Positions 40,382 to 50,795 are shown, counted from the first letter of the stretch. The stretch: DNA of 64,000 bases from Bacteriovoracia bacterium (GCA_046566385.1 JBKHWS010000006.1:2055-66054), one strand, 5' to 3'. The notes: generated from the letters alone by a model not told the origin. Made by a program: numbers and translations.

Positions 40382-40899
40382 TCAGACTTGAGGTAACTGT
40401 CACCCTTCTGAATTTCTTCAAAGTCATGTTGATGTTCAAATTGAGTGAAATCAAAAGATGTTGAGAAATGATTGTTTTTAAAATCATCATTCGTGAGGCT
40501 CTTCATGAAGTTGAAGAACTTTTCACGGGTTTCCGCACTCATCAGGTGCTCCATGAGACAAGAGTCTTTGTGGGCCACTTCCTCATCAACCCCAATGATA
40601 TCCTTCAGGAAGTAGTAAAGAAGGGTTCTGGAAGAAAGAATTCCATGTACGGCTTCATGGCCTGACGGTGACAATGATAAGAACTTAGAGTCGTCCTCAA
40701 GTACCAATTCGCGCTTTTTTAAATTAGTAAGAGCAGTAGAGACTGAACCTTTAGTGAGACCCATTTCATGGGCAATATCAGTTACCCGTGCATAGCCTTT
40801 TGACTCTTTAAGTTTATGAATGGCCAAGAGGTAATGAACCATTGAATGAGTCAAATCATTATCATGAGTGTGCTGGATAGAGGGTTTTTTGTCAGACAT
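40378..40899 (-). CDS. DtxR/MntR-family metal-dependent repressor
   Basis: HYLLAI..L....GYARVTDIAHEMGLTKGSVS, DSCLMEH. Confidence 0.9.
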   Translation of the reverse strand: MSDKKPSIQHTHDNDLTHSMVHYLLAIHKLKESKGYARVTDIAHEMGLTKGSVSTALTNLKKRELVLEDDSKFLSLSPSGHEAVHGILSSRTLLYYFLKDIIGVDEEVAHKDSCLMEHLMSAETREKFFNFMKSLTNDDFKNNHFSTSFDFTQFEHQHDFEEIQKGDSYLKSE

Positions 40900-40905
40900 G
40901 TCTAT

Positions 40906-40934
40906 AACTTACTTGTCCCCCCCATACCCGTCAA
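40906..40934 (-). promoter_or_regulatory. Sigma-70 promoter, apparently leaderless, for the DtxR/MntR-family gene
   Basis: TTGACG-N17-TAAGTT-N6-ATG; no RBS close to the ATG. Confidence 0.55.
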
Positions 40935-41087
40935 ACGATAAATATTTGTTGCATATCCTGAGAGGTCCCAGCTATGGACCACAACGCTCAACTACCCGAA
41001 ATTATTCAATTCAGCACAGGGAAGCTTTTGCATAGTCTTGGTAGGGATAAGGACCATGATAAAATTCATACATCTAAGGCTTTAACT

Positions 41088-42641
41088 ATGAAAAACACAA
41101 CCCGCTTCCTGATTCTCCTCCTCCTACTTCCTACCCTTTTGAGGGCCCAATCTATTGATGGGAACGGGGGGTCACTTGATGCCACCTTTTCTAATCCTGC
41201 AGATCTTACTGATCAGCAATATCATGATGCCAAAAACTTTACTCATGAAGGAATAAAAGAGCGGAGGATTAAGGAAGGTTGCGCGAAAGCCAATGACTGT
41301 AAGGATGAAGAAGGCCTGCCGCTCGAGATGATGATCGGGAAGGCCTATGCCATGATCGGAATGTTCACCAGTAGTGGCGGGGGACTGGCCCCGACCATGA
41401 CAAGTAAGGCAGTGAATGCAGAAACCGGGAAAAATGAGAGCCAGTCTGACTACTGCATGATGGCCGCCATGGGCTGGGAGACAATTGGTGGAATGATCCA
41501 GCAGCATCTCCAGAAGAAATCGGAAAGTTCAGCTTCTAACATACAAGATGTGCAACTTCAGTCCCTGGTAAATTTGAAAGAAACACATAAGGCCCGTGCC
41601 AAGACAGCAAGCTGGCAAAGAACGGCCTATGCTGCCATATCTGCCTGTTATGTTGCCCAATTGTTTAATGGCGCCGCTGCTGACTGGAAGTATATGTTGA
41701 AACTCGGAGGTGCCACCACCCTTACTGTTCTTTATCAAAGAAAAGTAAATAAACATAAAAAAGCAGCTGGTGTGGTCCAGGAAGTCATTGATTCACTTCC
41801 GAAAACCGGCGAATGTAATCCGTGGACGGGAACAACCTGTTTTTGTAGTGAGAAGTCATCACGAGAAAGATATCCGAACGAGTACCAGGAAGTTTGTGTT
41901 CTCAATAAAGGAAATTTCGAAACACCGAGGATCGCTCTCGGTTGTGGCGCTGTTGTTAACGGAAAGGTTCAATACGACAAAGAATGTAAGTGTAAAAAGA
42001 CGAATACATGTATGAAGAGTACTCTGGCGGCCTACAATCCGAAATTCCCATTCGGACAAAACCTGATGAATGAGGCCAACAAGACACTCAATCTTCTTAA
42101 TAGCGGTGAATTTGATCAGGCAAAAATTGATAATGCTTCCACCAGCACTGCGGCTTTAGCTGCAAAGGTAAAACCAAATTTCAAAGGAAAATATCCAGAG
42201 CCTAAGCTCACTGCTGAACAAAAGAAAATAGCTGAAGGCCTTGGTTCAGTTCTTCCTCCACCGCTTGCGCGGATTGCAGCGGCTTCTAACGGTAACTATC
42301 AAGGTGGAATTAAAGACGGTCCAATGCTAGGAACCTCGGCCATAAGTAAGCTGTCTCCACAAATGAAAGAAAAACTAGCTACGGCCATCAGTGGACGTTA
42401 TAAGAAAGGCGGCGGAACGACTACCTCTAAATTAGATGAGCCAGAGTTCTCATTTCCTAAATTTCCAGGTCAGGAGCCAGAGCAGCCAGCAGGGGGAACA
42501 GAAGTATTGTCGTTTGCTGAACAGGCCCTCAGCAAGGCGGATGTGTCGAATGCTCCTTCCACTCCAATCTTTGATATCATCTCAAACAGGTATCGCAGAT
42601 CAGGTTGGAAGAAGCTTGAAACAGAAACTGTTGAAAAATAA
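41088..42641 (+). CDS. Secreted Cys-rich hypothetical protein
   Basis: Signal peptide from ATG 41088 (MKNTTRFLILLLLL); Cys cluster CNPW...CFC...CKCKKTNTC. Confidence 0.75.
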   Translation: MKNTTRFLILLLLLPTLLRAQSIDGNGGSLDATFSNPADLTDQQYHDAKNFTHEGIKERRIKEGCAKANDCKDEEGLPLEMMIGKAYAMIGMFTSSGGGLAPTMTSKAVNAETGKNESQSDYCMMAAMGWETIGGMIQQHLQKKSESSASNIQDVQLQSLVNLKETHKARAKTASWQRTAYAAISACYVAQLFNGAAADWKYMLKLGGATTLTVLYQRKVNKHKKAAGVVQEVIDSLPKTGECNPWTGTTCFCSEKSSRERYPNEYQEVCVLNKGNFETPRIALGCGAVVNGKVQYDKECKCKKTNTCMKSTLAAYNPKFPFGQNLMNEANKTLNLLNSGEFDQAKIDNASTSTAALAAKVKPNFKGKYPEPKLTAEQKKIAEGLGSVLPPPLARIAAASNGNYQGGIKDGPMLGTSAISKLSPQMKEKLATAISGRYKKGGGTTTSKLDEPEFSFPKFPGQEPEQPAGGTEVLSFAEQALSKADVSNAPSTPIFDIISNRYRRSGWKKLETETVEK

Positions 42642-43073
42642 TTACTCACCAAGGTTATTGAACTGATCAATCCTTGTCTGATGTCTCCCTCCTTCAAAAG
42701 GAGTCGTGAGAAAAATGTCCGCAATCTTATTAATAAGATCCTGAGGGGTTTTCCGGCCTGAGAGGCAGAGAACGTTAGCATCGTTATGTAAGCGGGTCAT
42801 CTTCGCATCATCCTCATCCCGGCAAAGGGCCGCCCTGATGCCTTTATAGCGGTTTGCGGCCATACAAACACCAATTCCTGAACCACACAGGAGAATGCCG
42901 GGAGTGCCCTCTTTACGGACATTTTCCACTAGCTTTTTAACCCACTCAGGATAATGAGTGGATTCGAGAGAATTGGTTCCAAGATCAACCACTTCATACT
43001 TACTCTTGAGGTATTCCACGAGAGCGTTTTTCTCATTAAAGGCCGCGTGATCAGAAGCTATAAATATTTTCAT
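42642..43073 (-). CDS. rpiB: Ribose-5-phosphate isomerase B
   Basis: ASDHAA, LCGSGIG, ANRYKGIRAA, HNDANVL, FEGGRH. Confidence 0.95.
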   Translation of the reverse strand: MKIFIASDHAAFNEKNALVEYLKSKYEVVDLGTNSLESTHYPEWVKKLVENVRKEGTPGILLCGSGIGVCMAANRYKGIRAALCRDEDDAKMTRLHNDANVLCLSGRKTPQDLINKIADIFLTTPFEGGRHQTRIDQFNNLGE

Positions 43074-43088
43074 AACACCTCTTTAAAT

Positions 43089-43113
43089 AAAAAAGGGGCC
43101 CGAAGGCCCCTTT
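43089..43113 (-). terminator. Intrinsic terminator after ahcY
   Basis: AAAGGGGCC-TTCG-GGCCCCTTT plus T run on the minus strand. Confidence 0.85.
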
Positions 43114-43115
43114 CA

Positions 43116-44456
43116 TTAGTAACGATAGTATTCTGGTTTGAATGGTCCAGTGGCTGAGATGCCAAGGTACTCAGACTGGGCCGGTGTGAGCGTATCCAGC
43201 TCAACTCCGATCTTCTTAAGGTGAAGACGGGCCACCTTCTCGTCCAGGTGTTTTGGAAGCATGTACACTTTCTTTTCGTAGGCAGAAGCATTTGTCCAGA
43301 GTTCGATCTGAGCAAGAGTCTGGTTAGTGAAAGAGTTCGACATAACAAAGCTTGGATGACCAGTGGCACATCCAAGGTTAACGAGACGTCCTTCGGCCAG
43401 AACGATAACCTGTCTTCCACCTTCCAGAGTGTAAAGATCAACCTGAGGCTTAACTGTATCCTTTGTATGACCATAGTTCTTATTTAACCATGCCATATCA
43501 ATTTCGATATCAAAGTGACCGATGTTACAGACAATCGTCTTATCTTTCATAGCAAGGAAGTGCTTCCCTGTGATGATGTCCTTACAACCAGTAGTTGTAA
43601 CAACGATGTCCGCTTCTTTAACAGCGTCATCCATCTTCTTTACTTCATAACCTTCCATTGCTGCCTGAAGAGCGCAGATTGGATCGATTTCAGTTACGAT
43701 AACACGAGCTCCGGCACCTTTAAGAGATTCAGCCGAACCTTTACCCACATCACCAAAACCAGCGACAACGGCAACTTTACCGGCAATCATAACGTCTGTG
43801 GCACGGCGGATGGCATCCACACATGATTCACGACATCCGTACTTATTATCAAATTTTGATTTCGTGACAGAGTCATTCACGTTGATACAAGGAACTGGAA
43901 GTTTGCCCTGCTTTTCAAGATCATAAAGACGGTGAACACCTGTAGTTGTTTCTTCAGAGATACCCTTGATGCCTTTATAAAGCTCAGGATACTTAGAGAG
44001 AACCATCTCCGTAAGATCACCACCGTCATCAAGGATCATGTTAAGGGGTTCTTTTTTATCACCGAAGAAGATTGTTTCGTGGATACACCAGTTAAACTCT
44101 TCTTCAGTCATACCTTTCCAGGCATAAACAGGAATTCCTGCAGCAGCGATGGCAGCAGCAGCATGGTCCTGAGTTGAGAAAATGTTACAAGAAGACCACG
44201 TCACATCAGCACCAAGTTCAACCAGTGTTTCAATAAGAACAGCGGTTTGAATGGTCATATGGAGACAGCCAGCAATGCGGGCACCTTTAAGGGGCTTGGT
44301 TTTACCAAACTCTTCTCTTAGGGCCATAAGTCCCGGCATTTCAGCTTCAGCGAGCTTAATTTCTTTACGACCCCAATCAGCTAGAGAGATGTCTTTGACT
44401 TTGTACTTAAGGCGCGTTGAATTTCCGTAAGTACCTTCTGAAAAAGTTGCTTTCAT
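43116..44456 (-). CDS. ahcY: Adenosylhomocysteinase
   Basis: [48 protein letters not shown]. Confidence 0.98.
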   Translation of the reverse strand: MKATFSEGTYGNSTRLKYKVKDISLADWGRKEIKLAEAEMPGLMALREEFGKTKPLKGARIAGCLHMTIQTAVLIETLVELGADVTWSSCNIFSTQDHAAAAIAAAGIPVYAWKGMTEEEFNWCIHETIFFGDKKEPLNMILDDGGDLTEMVLSKYPELYKGIKGISEETTTGVHRLYDLEKQGKLPVPCINVNDSVTKSKFDNKYGCRESCVDAIRRATDVMIAGKVAVVAGFGDVGKGSAESLKGAGARVIVTEIDPICALQAAMEGYEVKKMDDAVKEADIVVTTTGCKDIITGKHFLAMKDKTIVCNIGHFDIEIDMAWLNKNYGHTKDTVKPQVDLYTLEGGRQVIVLAEGRLVNLGCATGHPSFVMSNSFTNQTLAQIELWTNASAYEKKVYMLPKHLDEKVARLHLKKIGVELDTLTPAQSEYLGISATGPFKPEYYRY

Positions 44457-44595
44457 TTATAAATCCTTTTCCTAAAACCCCAAGGGTCTGGTAAATAAGC
44501 TTCAAATAGAGAAAATTTGCTCTAGAAACTAACACTTTCGATACGGACTCTCAAGAGCAAGTAAGGCAAATCAAGAGCTTATCTAAGGGCTAATT

Positions 44596-45834
44596 ATGAA
44601 AAAATACCGATTCGAGTACTTTGCTTCCTGTCCAATGGGGGTGGAAGAGTTATTGACACAGGAAATCCTGGATTTAGGCGCCAAATCGGCTAAGGCAGTC
44701 AGAGGAGGAGTTCAGTTTGAGGCCTTCCATGAAATAGCCCTCAAAACAGTCCTGTATTCAAGAGTTGCCAGCAGGATCTATAAGTATCTTTTCGCTTTCG
44801 AGGTCATAAACGAGAAAGACTATTACCTTGAAGCGACAACCATTAAGTGGAAAAGCTTGATGGATGTCGATCATACGTTTCGCCTCACAACTATATTCGG
44901 GGACCTTCCTGGAGAAAGAGAAGAGTTCAGGAACTCACAGTTTGCAAATTTAAAACTCAAAGATGCTATCGTCGATTACTTCCGTCACCATGAAGGTAGT
45001 CGCCCTAGTGTGGACAAAGACATTCCTGACGTTGCTTTCCTTGCCCGAATTGAGAGAGGAAGTGAGAAACCTTATCAAGTGACATTGATGTACGATCTCT
45101 GCGGAGATCCGATGAATCAACGTGGATACCGAATTGCTGATACCCCTGCTCCCTTGAAGGAAAACCTGGCCGCGGCCATTCTTAAAACTGTAAAATGGGA
45201 TCCTGCTCAGGAAGGCTTACTGGATGCCATGTGTGGTTCCGGTACTTTTACCATTGAAGCGGCACTGATGGCCGCGAAAATTCCACCCAGCTATCTTAGA
45301 GTTGAAAGGTATCTCAAAAATAGTGACTTCAAGATGTGGACCTTTCTCAATTATCCATGGTTAACAAAAGACGAGCATCTTCAGGAAAATTTCAAAATCA
45401 TGTTGAAAGAGATTTCCGAAGAGACTCAGAAAGGTATTGAATACCTCAAGACCAAAAAGGGATTTATAGTTGGGAATGATGTTTCAAAACAGGCCCTGGA
45501 TGCTGCCAGGGAAAACCTCAAAAAAGCAAAATTAGATGGAGTGATCGAGCTCACTAATAAAGATGCTCTTGAAACTTATCCGGTCTCTGATAAGTGCCTT
45601 TTCATTTGCAATCCTCCCTATGGAGAAAGACTTGAGTACGGAGAGGAAGAAAAGCTAAAGGCCCTTTATAAAGGCCTTGGAGATCATTGGAAAAACAATT
45701 TTAAAGGAAACAGGGCCGCTCTCTTTACCGGGAACCTTGAGATGCTAAAAGTGGTGGGTCTTAAAAGTTCAAAAAGACACATCCTTTTTAATGGAGATAT
45801 AGAGTGTCGTTTAGCTGAATATCAGCTTTATTAG
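44596..45834 (+). CDS. THUMP-domain RNA methyltransferase (RlmL-like)
   Basis: RGYR, APLKENLAAA, DAMCGSGT, CNPPYGERL. Confidence 0.9.
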   Translation: MKKYRFEYFASCPMGVEELLTQEILDLGAKSAKAVRGGVQFEAFHEIALKTVLYSRVASRIYKYLFAFEVINEKDYYLEATTIKWKSLMDVDHTFRLTTIFGDLPGEREEFRNSQFANLKLKDAIVDYFRHHEGSRPSVDKDIPDVAFLARIERGSEKPYQVTLMYDLCGDPMNQRGYRIADTPAPLKENLAAAILKTVKWDPAQEGLLDAMCGSGTFTIEAALMAAKIPPSYLRVERYLKNSDFKMWTFLNYPWLTKDEHLQENFKIMLKEISEETQKGIEYLKTKKGFIVGNDVSKQALDAARENLKKAKLDGVIELTNKDALETYPVSDKCLFICNPPYGERLEYGEEEKLKALYKGLGDHWKNNFKGNRAALFTGNLEMLKVVGLKSSKRHILFNGDIECRLAEYQLY

Positions 45835-46505
45835 AAATCATCCTTCTTTTGAACAATGATCTTCTCCCCCCTGAACCTGAACTTGTAATCCCATTTCTCA
45901 ATTTTGGGCTTAAGATTTGTAAGGTGAGTGTTAATCGTCCCGGGTTTTACACTCCCCTTACCCCAGACTTTAAGAATCATCTCTTCTCTTGTGAGGAAGC
46001 GGGGAAAATATCTCATAATCCAGCTCAGGATGCGAAACTCCAGAAGAGTCAGATCCAGAGTTTCTCCGGCAACAGATGCTTTCATGGAGTTTAAGTTCAA
46101 CTCGAGGTTACCGATTTCAAGAGAAGTTGATCTTTCTATGAAAAACTTAACCTTGTTTTTTATTCTGATCGTAATTTCTTCCGTGGAAAGATTGCGCGGA
46201 AGAAAATCTATTCCTCCCCCTTCAAGTGACTTCAATACATTCTCATCGCTTTCATCACCAGAAATAAAAAGAACAGGGCAATCATTATAAAGGGGATGGG
46301 CCTTAATTTTTTGATAAAGTGCATGACCATCAAGGACCGGCATATGCACATCTAAAAGAATCGCATGGGGATTATTCTCTTCGAGGAACTTGGAAAAGAG
46401 GGAAACATCTTGAGACCCGATGACCTCAAACTCTCCAGAGAGAAGTTCTTTGAAGCATTCAATGTTGGCAAGTTGGTCGTCAAAATACAATAAGGTGTAC
46501 TTCAT
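45831..46505 (-). CDS. OmpR-type response regulator (atypical, K to R)
   Basis: YFDD, LLDVHMP, winged helix LTLLEFRIL; ATG 46505 overlaps the upstream TGA. Confidence 0.85.
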   Translation of the reverse strand: MKYTLLYFDDQLANIECFKELLSGEFEVIGSQDVSLFSKFLEENNPHAILLDVHMPVLDGHALYQKIKAHPLYNDCPVLFISGDESDENVLKSLEGGGIDFLPRNLSTEEITIRIKNKVKFFIERSTSLEIGNLELNLNSMKASVAGETLDLTLLEFRILSWIMRYFPRFLTREEMILKVWGKGSVKPGTINTHLTNLKPKIEKWDYKFRFRGEKIIVQKKDDF

Positions 46506-47194
46506 GATTCCGCTGTTTTTTTGACTAATTGAGCGCCACCAAGTTTCGCACAGACGAGTTGGAAGTCCCATTCTTCAAGTTTTCCATTCAAATTTGAGAT
46601 ATGGGTGTAGATGGTGGCATTTAAAACCTGGTCCCCTCTCCATACATGCTCCACAAGAAAGTCTCTGGAAGCGACATCAGGGAAATGTCTTAAAGCAATA
46701 CAAAGAAGTTTAAACTCAATAAAAGTAAGGGGAAGCTCTTTATTATTGAGAAAGGCCTTGAGTAGAGTGAGATTTACCTTCAGATCAGAGAATTCGATGA
46801 TGCTTCTGTGTTTTTGAAAAAATTGAATCTTAGATTTTATTCTTGCGATCATTTCATCTGGTTTCATTGATCGATTTAAGAAATCAACTGCTCCCAACAT
46901 GAATGACTTTATGCGAGCAGTATCCGAATCATCAGAGGAAATAAACAGGATAGGACATCCATTGTATTGAGTGTGCTCAATAAGTGATTCATAGAGATTA
47001 AAGCCGTTCATCTCAGGCATATGTATATCAACGATGATGGCTTCATAGGATGCTTTAGGAAACATTTCAAGAAATGCCTTAGGTTTATTAAATGTGGCGA
47101 CTCTAAAGTCCTGCTGTAAAATTGTTTTAACACAGTCCAGATTCAGCTTATTATCATCGATATAGGCAATCTCGGGTCTCAATTGGTTCTCCAA
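46502..47194 (-). CDS. OmpR-type response regulator (atypical, K to R)
   Basis: YIDD, IVDIHMPEMNG, LTFIEFKLL, HISNL. Confidence 0.87.
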   Translation of the reverse strand: MENQLRPEIAYIDDNKLNLDCVKTILQQDFRVATFNKPKAFLEMFPKASYEAIIVDIHMPEMNGFNLYESLIEHTQYNGCPILFISSDDSDTARIKSFMLGAVDFLNRSMKPDEMIARIKSKIQFFQKHRSIIEFSDLKVNLTLLKAFLNNKELPLTFIEFKLLCIALRHFPDVASRDFLVEHVWRGDQVLNATIYTHISNLNGKLEEWDFQLVCAKLGGAQLVKKTAES

Positions 47195-47209
47195 GAGTAG
47201 TAAGAACTC

Positions 47210-48034
47210 TTACTTCAATCTGTCTTCTAACTTCATGGCCAGGGTAGGACTGGCAAATTTTAATAGCGCAGTTTTATTCACAACCTTATCGAAATGCTTG
47301 TCGGATTTACTGAAAAAGTAACCAGCAACATCTTGATCCTTGAGAAAGATCGTATGTCCCTTGGTATCGAACTTTCGCAAAATAAACTCCGAATCCAGGA
47401 ACAAAATGTCTCTGATTGTAAAATTCTTCGCTACATACATAATAATGCAGTAGTCCGATAATTCAGCTAAAGATTTCTTAATTTTTACTCCCTTTGGGGA
47501 GGTCGCATCATGCCAATGGACTTTGACTTCCACCGTGCTTCCATTCTCTGTCTTGAAATCAAAACCCCTCTGTGAAGAACTTTTAATTTGATGAAGGCCA
47601 AAAATAATTTTCGAGTACCACTCTCCCAGCTGAATCGGGAGATTCTTCCCATTCATCAGAACTTTGTGATCCTTGAGGATCTGGAAGGTTTGATGCACAA
47701 CTTCCACAGTATCAAAAATGGCTTTTTGATCAGGAAGATGAAGGACACCAATGTTCTTCATGACCTTACTGGAGAGACGCTTATTAAACTGGTTCTGATA
47801 CCACTGATCAAATTCACTGATTTCGAGGAAATCATAAGAGCTGTAAACAAACCCTTCTGATTTTAATTTGTTGATGGAATCAATTTCAGGCAATTCTTTC
47901 TGGAGGAAGGAGTAAGGGACATATTCTCTGTCACTACTACCCCTGACATAGATTGAATCTCTGTCATAGTCGGAGCTGCCATGAGATGACCCAGAGAACT
48001 TCTGGGCCAGCTCAAAGACTTTATCTTTTAACAC
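47210..48034 (-). CDS. Hypothetical protein with PD-(D/E)xK-like nuclease motif
   Basis: LGEWYS..IFGL......RGFDFKTENGSTVEVK. Confidence 0.55.
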   Translation of the reverse strand: MLKDKVFELAQKFSGSSHGSSDYDRDSIYVRGSSDREYVPYSFLQKELPEIDSINKLKSEGFVYSSYDFLEISEFDQWYQNQFNKRLSSKVMKNIGVLHLPDQKAIFDTVEVVHQTFQILKDHKVLMNGKNLPIQLGEWYSKIIFGLHQIKSSSQRGFDFKTENGSTVEVKVHWHDATSPKGVKIKKSLAELSDYCIIMYVAKNFTIRDILFLDSEFILRKFDTKGHTIFLKDQDVAGYFFSKSDKHFDKVVNKTALLKFASPTLAMKLEDRLK

Positions 48035-48082
48035 GGTGTAACCTTTTAAATTTAAATTACACCTATTCTACCATGACTGTGA

Positions 48083-49810
48083 TCAAATCTCTAGCGTTGT
48101 CATGTCTTCAGTGAAATCAGAAATGGTTTTTGCAATGGAGAGATTATGTATCAGATATTGTGAGCAATAGACTTTGAAATCCACAATCTTAGATTCATAA
48201 AACTTCTTGTCGTCAGCAGAGGCGCCAGCTAATTTTTTGTCAGCAAGTACTGCTGCCTCAAGAAGTTGCCAGGCCATAACCATCTGAGAAGCAAAGTTGA
48301 GAAAATCCGTACAGTTTTGTAGAACCAGATTCCACTGGTTATTTTTTGCATAGCCGGAAATCTGCTGCATGACACCCTGGGCACTCATGAGAACTTTACT
48401 AAAAAGTTCTTTCTCTTTTTTGAACTTACTTTCATCAAGCGATTGAACAGAAGAAATGATTTCCTGGGTAAGGGCCGTTAAAGCTTTCCCACCATCTTTC
48501 AAAATCTTTCTCATGACAAAGTCGATCGCCTGAATGCCATTAGTCCCTTCATAAATCATGGCAATCTGAGTATCGCGGACAAATTGCTCCACTCCATACT
48601 CCGTACAGTAGCCATAGCCTCCGTGGGCCTGAAGTGCGGCAGATGAAACATTGAATCCCTGTTCTGAACAATAAGACTTACAGATAGGAGTTAATAGCCC
48701 GATGATCGATTCATACTTATGGTCCTGCTTAGCTTTATCAAAAAGGTTAGCCGTATAGAGACAAAGAGCACGCATTCCACGGGCCAATGCTCTCATTCTT
48801 AAAAGATTTCTTCTGACATCAGGATGATGAATGATTTCTTTTCCGAATTGCACTCTTTCTTTGGTGTATTTTTCGGCCATCATATAAGCAAGATTGGCCT
48901 GGGCTTCACCCTGAATTCCGCAGTAAAGTCTGGCCTCATTCATCATGATGAACATAGTGGCCATGCCATCAAACTCTTCACCAATCAGCCATCCTTCAGT
49001 TTCCCCATCTGTTCCGAACTGAAGTTCACAGGTGGCTGAAGCATGGATACCCATTTTGTGCTCAATCTTGGAGCACACAACATTGTTGGACTCACCCATT
49101 GATCCGTCTTCTTTAATTCTGAATCTCGGAACAACAAAAAGAGAAATTCCTTTCGTTCCAGGCTCTCCACCCGGAGTTCTGGCCAGAACAAGATGAATGT
49201 TATTTTCATAGAGATCAGACTCCCCAGAAGAGATGAAGATCTTCGTGCCCTTAATAGAATATTTTCCATTACCCAGCGGCTGAGCGGTTGAGCGAAGAGC
49301 ACCAACATCTGAACCAGCACCCGCTTCTGTCAAACACATGGTCCCTCCCCACTTCCCTTCCATCATTCTCGGGATAATGTGGGTCTTCATGAATTCAGTG
49401 CCCTTTAAGTTAATCACGTTCAAAGCAGCGCGAGAAAGTCCTGGGTACATAGTCCATGCACAGTTTGCACCGGTTGCCATCGACATACAGGAAACGTAAA
49501 GAGCTTCCGGAACCGGAGTCCCTTCCACTTCGGCTGGCATACCCAAAGCAAACCATCCATTCTCATAAAAAGATCTGTTTACGGCATGAAGAACTTCCGG
49601 GACCACTACTTTACCGTTTACATGTTTCACGCCAACCTGGTCCGAAGGCTCACGAGTCGGAAAAACTTCATTTTCTACATACTTGTTATATTCAGAAAGA
49701 ATGCCTTTGATGTCATTTTCCTCAAGACCATAGTCCTTCCAGTCCTGAACCTTTAGCTGCTCAGTAAGATTAAATTCGATGTCGCGGAGATCTGATTTGT
49801 AGTAACCCAT
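48083..49810 (-). CDS. Acyl-CoA dehydrogenase
   Basis: GTMCLTEAGAGSDVG, GTKIFISSG, HKMGIHASAT, MNEARL, HGGYGY, IYEGTNGIQA. Confidence 0.95.
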   Translation of the reverse strand: MGYYKSDLRDIEFNLTEQLKVQDWKDYGLEENDIKGILSEYNKYVENEVFPTREPSDQVGVKHVNGKVVVPEVLHAVNRSFYENGWFALGMPAEVEGTPVPEALYVSCMSMATGANCAWTMYPGLSRAALNVINLKGTEFMKTHIIPRMMEGKWGGTMCLTEAGAGSDVGALRSTAQPLGNGKYSIKGTKIFISSGESDLYENNIHLVLARTPGGEPGTKGISLFVVPRFRIKEDGSMGESNNVVCSKIEHKMGIHASATCELQFGTDGETEGWLIGEEFDGMATMFIMMNEARLYCGIQGEAQANLAYMMAEKYTKERVQFGKEIIHHPDVRRNLLRMRALARGMRALCLYTANLFDKAKQDHKYESIIGLLTPICKSYCSEQGFNVSSAALQAHGGYGYCTEYGVEQFVRDTQIAMIYEGTNGIQAIDFVMRKILKDGGKALTALTQEIISSVQSLDESKFKKEKELFSKVLMSAQGVMQQISGYAKNNQWNLVLQNCTDFLNFASQMVMAWQLLEAAVLADKKLAGASADDKKFYESKIVDFKVYCSQYLIHNLSIAKTISDFTEDMTTLEI

Positions 49811-49929
49811 AAGTTATCCTCATCCTTAGAAATAAATGGTCCAGAATAGAATAACGTATTTGAGGATTTTTTGTGAGTGAGAATGGGAAAAAAGGTGAGA
49901 AAGAAAGTTGAGTGAAACACTTAGAGAAT

Positions 49930-49958
49930 AAAACAGGGCAGTTGGACTGCCCTGTTTT
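49930..49958. terminator. Intrinsic terminator hairpin (T tracts on both strands)
   Basis: AAAACAGGGCAGT-TGG-ACTGCCCTGTTTT. Confidence 0.85.
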
Positions 49959-49963
49959 CTATC

Positions 49964-50578
49964 TTAGTAAATTTTTTGTGCGGTAACTACGATATCAGAC
50001 TTTGAAGCTTGAGAGGTTTCAGTTTTTTTCACAGGATTAAGAAGTGAATGATAATTCCTGTCGATGAGGTAAGAAACAATCACTCCATCATTTCGTAAAA
50101 ATACCAAGTTACTAACGCTGCTAGATAAGTCGATAGCGTCAATCAAAGTTCCACTGGCCCCTGAGAAAATTCCGTTCAGCTCAGCGTTTCCTTTTGCACT
50201 AATAAGGTTTCCATCCTGAACCAGGTTCACTCCACTTTGAGTAGAGACAACGGTTCCGGAAGAAGAAGTATTGCTGTATGTACAGTAAGTATAGGGAATC
50301 CCCAGAAAAGTCTTTTGTTCACAATTAGGAGCTGTGTTGTAGTCATACTTCGTTTTAGTTATGTTCACAACTCCCAGCATGGCCTGACCTTCTGTTGCTC
50401 CATTATACCAGTTGGTAACTTTCTGAAGAACCGCCTGACTGTTAGAACTTAGACCAGAATTATATAAATTCTGATATGGGTTTACGGCCACGCCTCCCCC
50501 TGATTTATTTTCTTTCCCGCACCCTACGGTAAAGACCAAAAGTGAAGCACATAAAAGGCTCGAAAATAGTGATTTCAT
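49964..50578 (-). CDS. Hypothetical lipoprotein
   Basis: ATG 50578 with G-rich RBS; lipobox TVGC followed by GKENKSGG. Confidence 0.75.
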   Translation of the reverse strand: MKSLFSSLLCASLLVFTVGCGKENKSGGGVAVNPYQNLYNSGLSSNSQAVLQKVTNWYNGATEGQAMLGVVNITKTKYDYNTAPNCEQKTFLGIPYTYCTYSNTSSSGTVVSTQSGVNLVQDGNLISAKGNAELNGIFSGASGTLIDAIDLSSSVSNLVFLRNDGVIVSYLIDRNYHSLLNPVKKTETSQASKSDIVVTAQKIY

Positions 50579-50795
50579 AATTTCCCCCCTGAAAGGAATT
50601 TTCATAAGTTTGACTCTGTATATCCAAGAAGGGTGCCAAGTCAGAAACCGTGAAATCAGACTGTTAGTGAGAGGAGATTGTAAATAAAATAGAGGGAAGA
50701 CAGGAGTTGTGTCTAAAGTTTTGACAGTTTTATCCTCTTTAACTGGATTTTCAGCAGGGCCTCGGGAACAATAAGATAAATCATGGAGTTTATTT

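Noticed and set aside
43070-43474. 134-aa minus-strand ORF and similar short overlapping ORFs throughout the track
   Set aside because: They overlap well-supported genes (here ahcY) in other frames and have no recognisable motifs.
44457-44595. SAH or SAM riboswitch upstream of ahcY
   Set aside because: No GAGGAGCG / CCAGGCUCGG-type conserved elements visible; an Rfam scan would be decisive.
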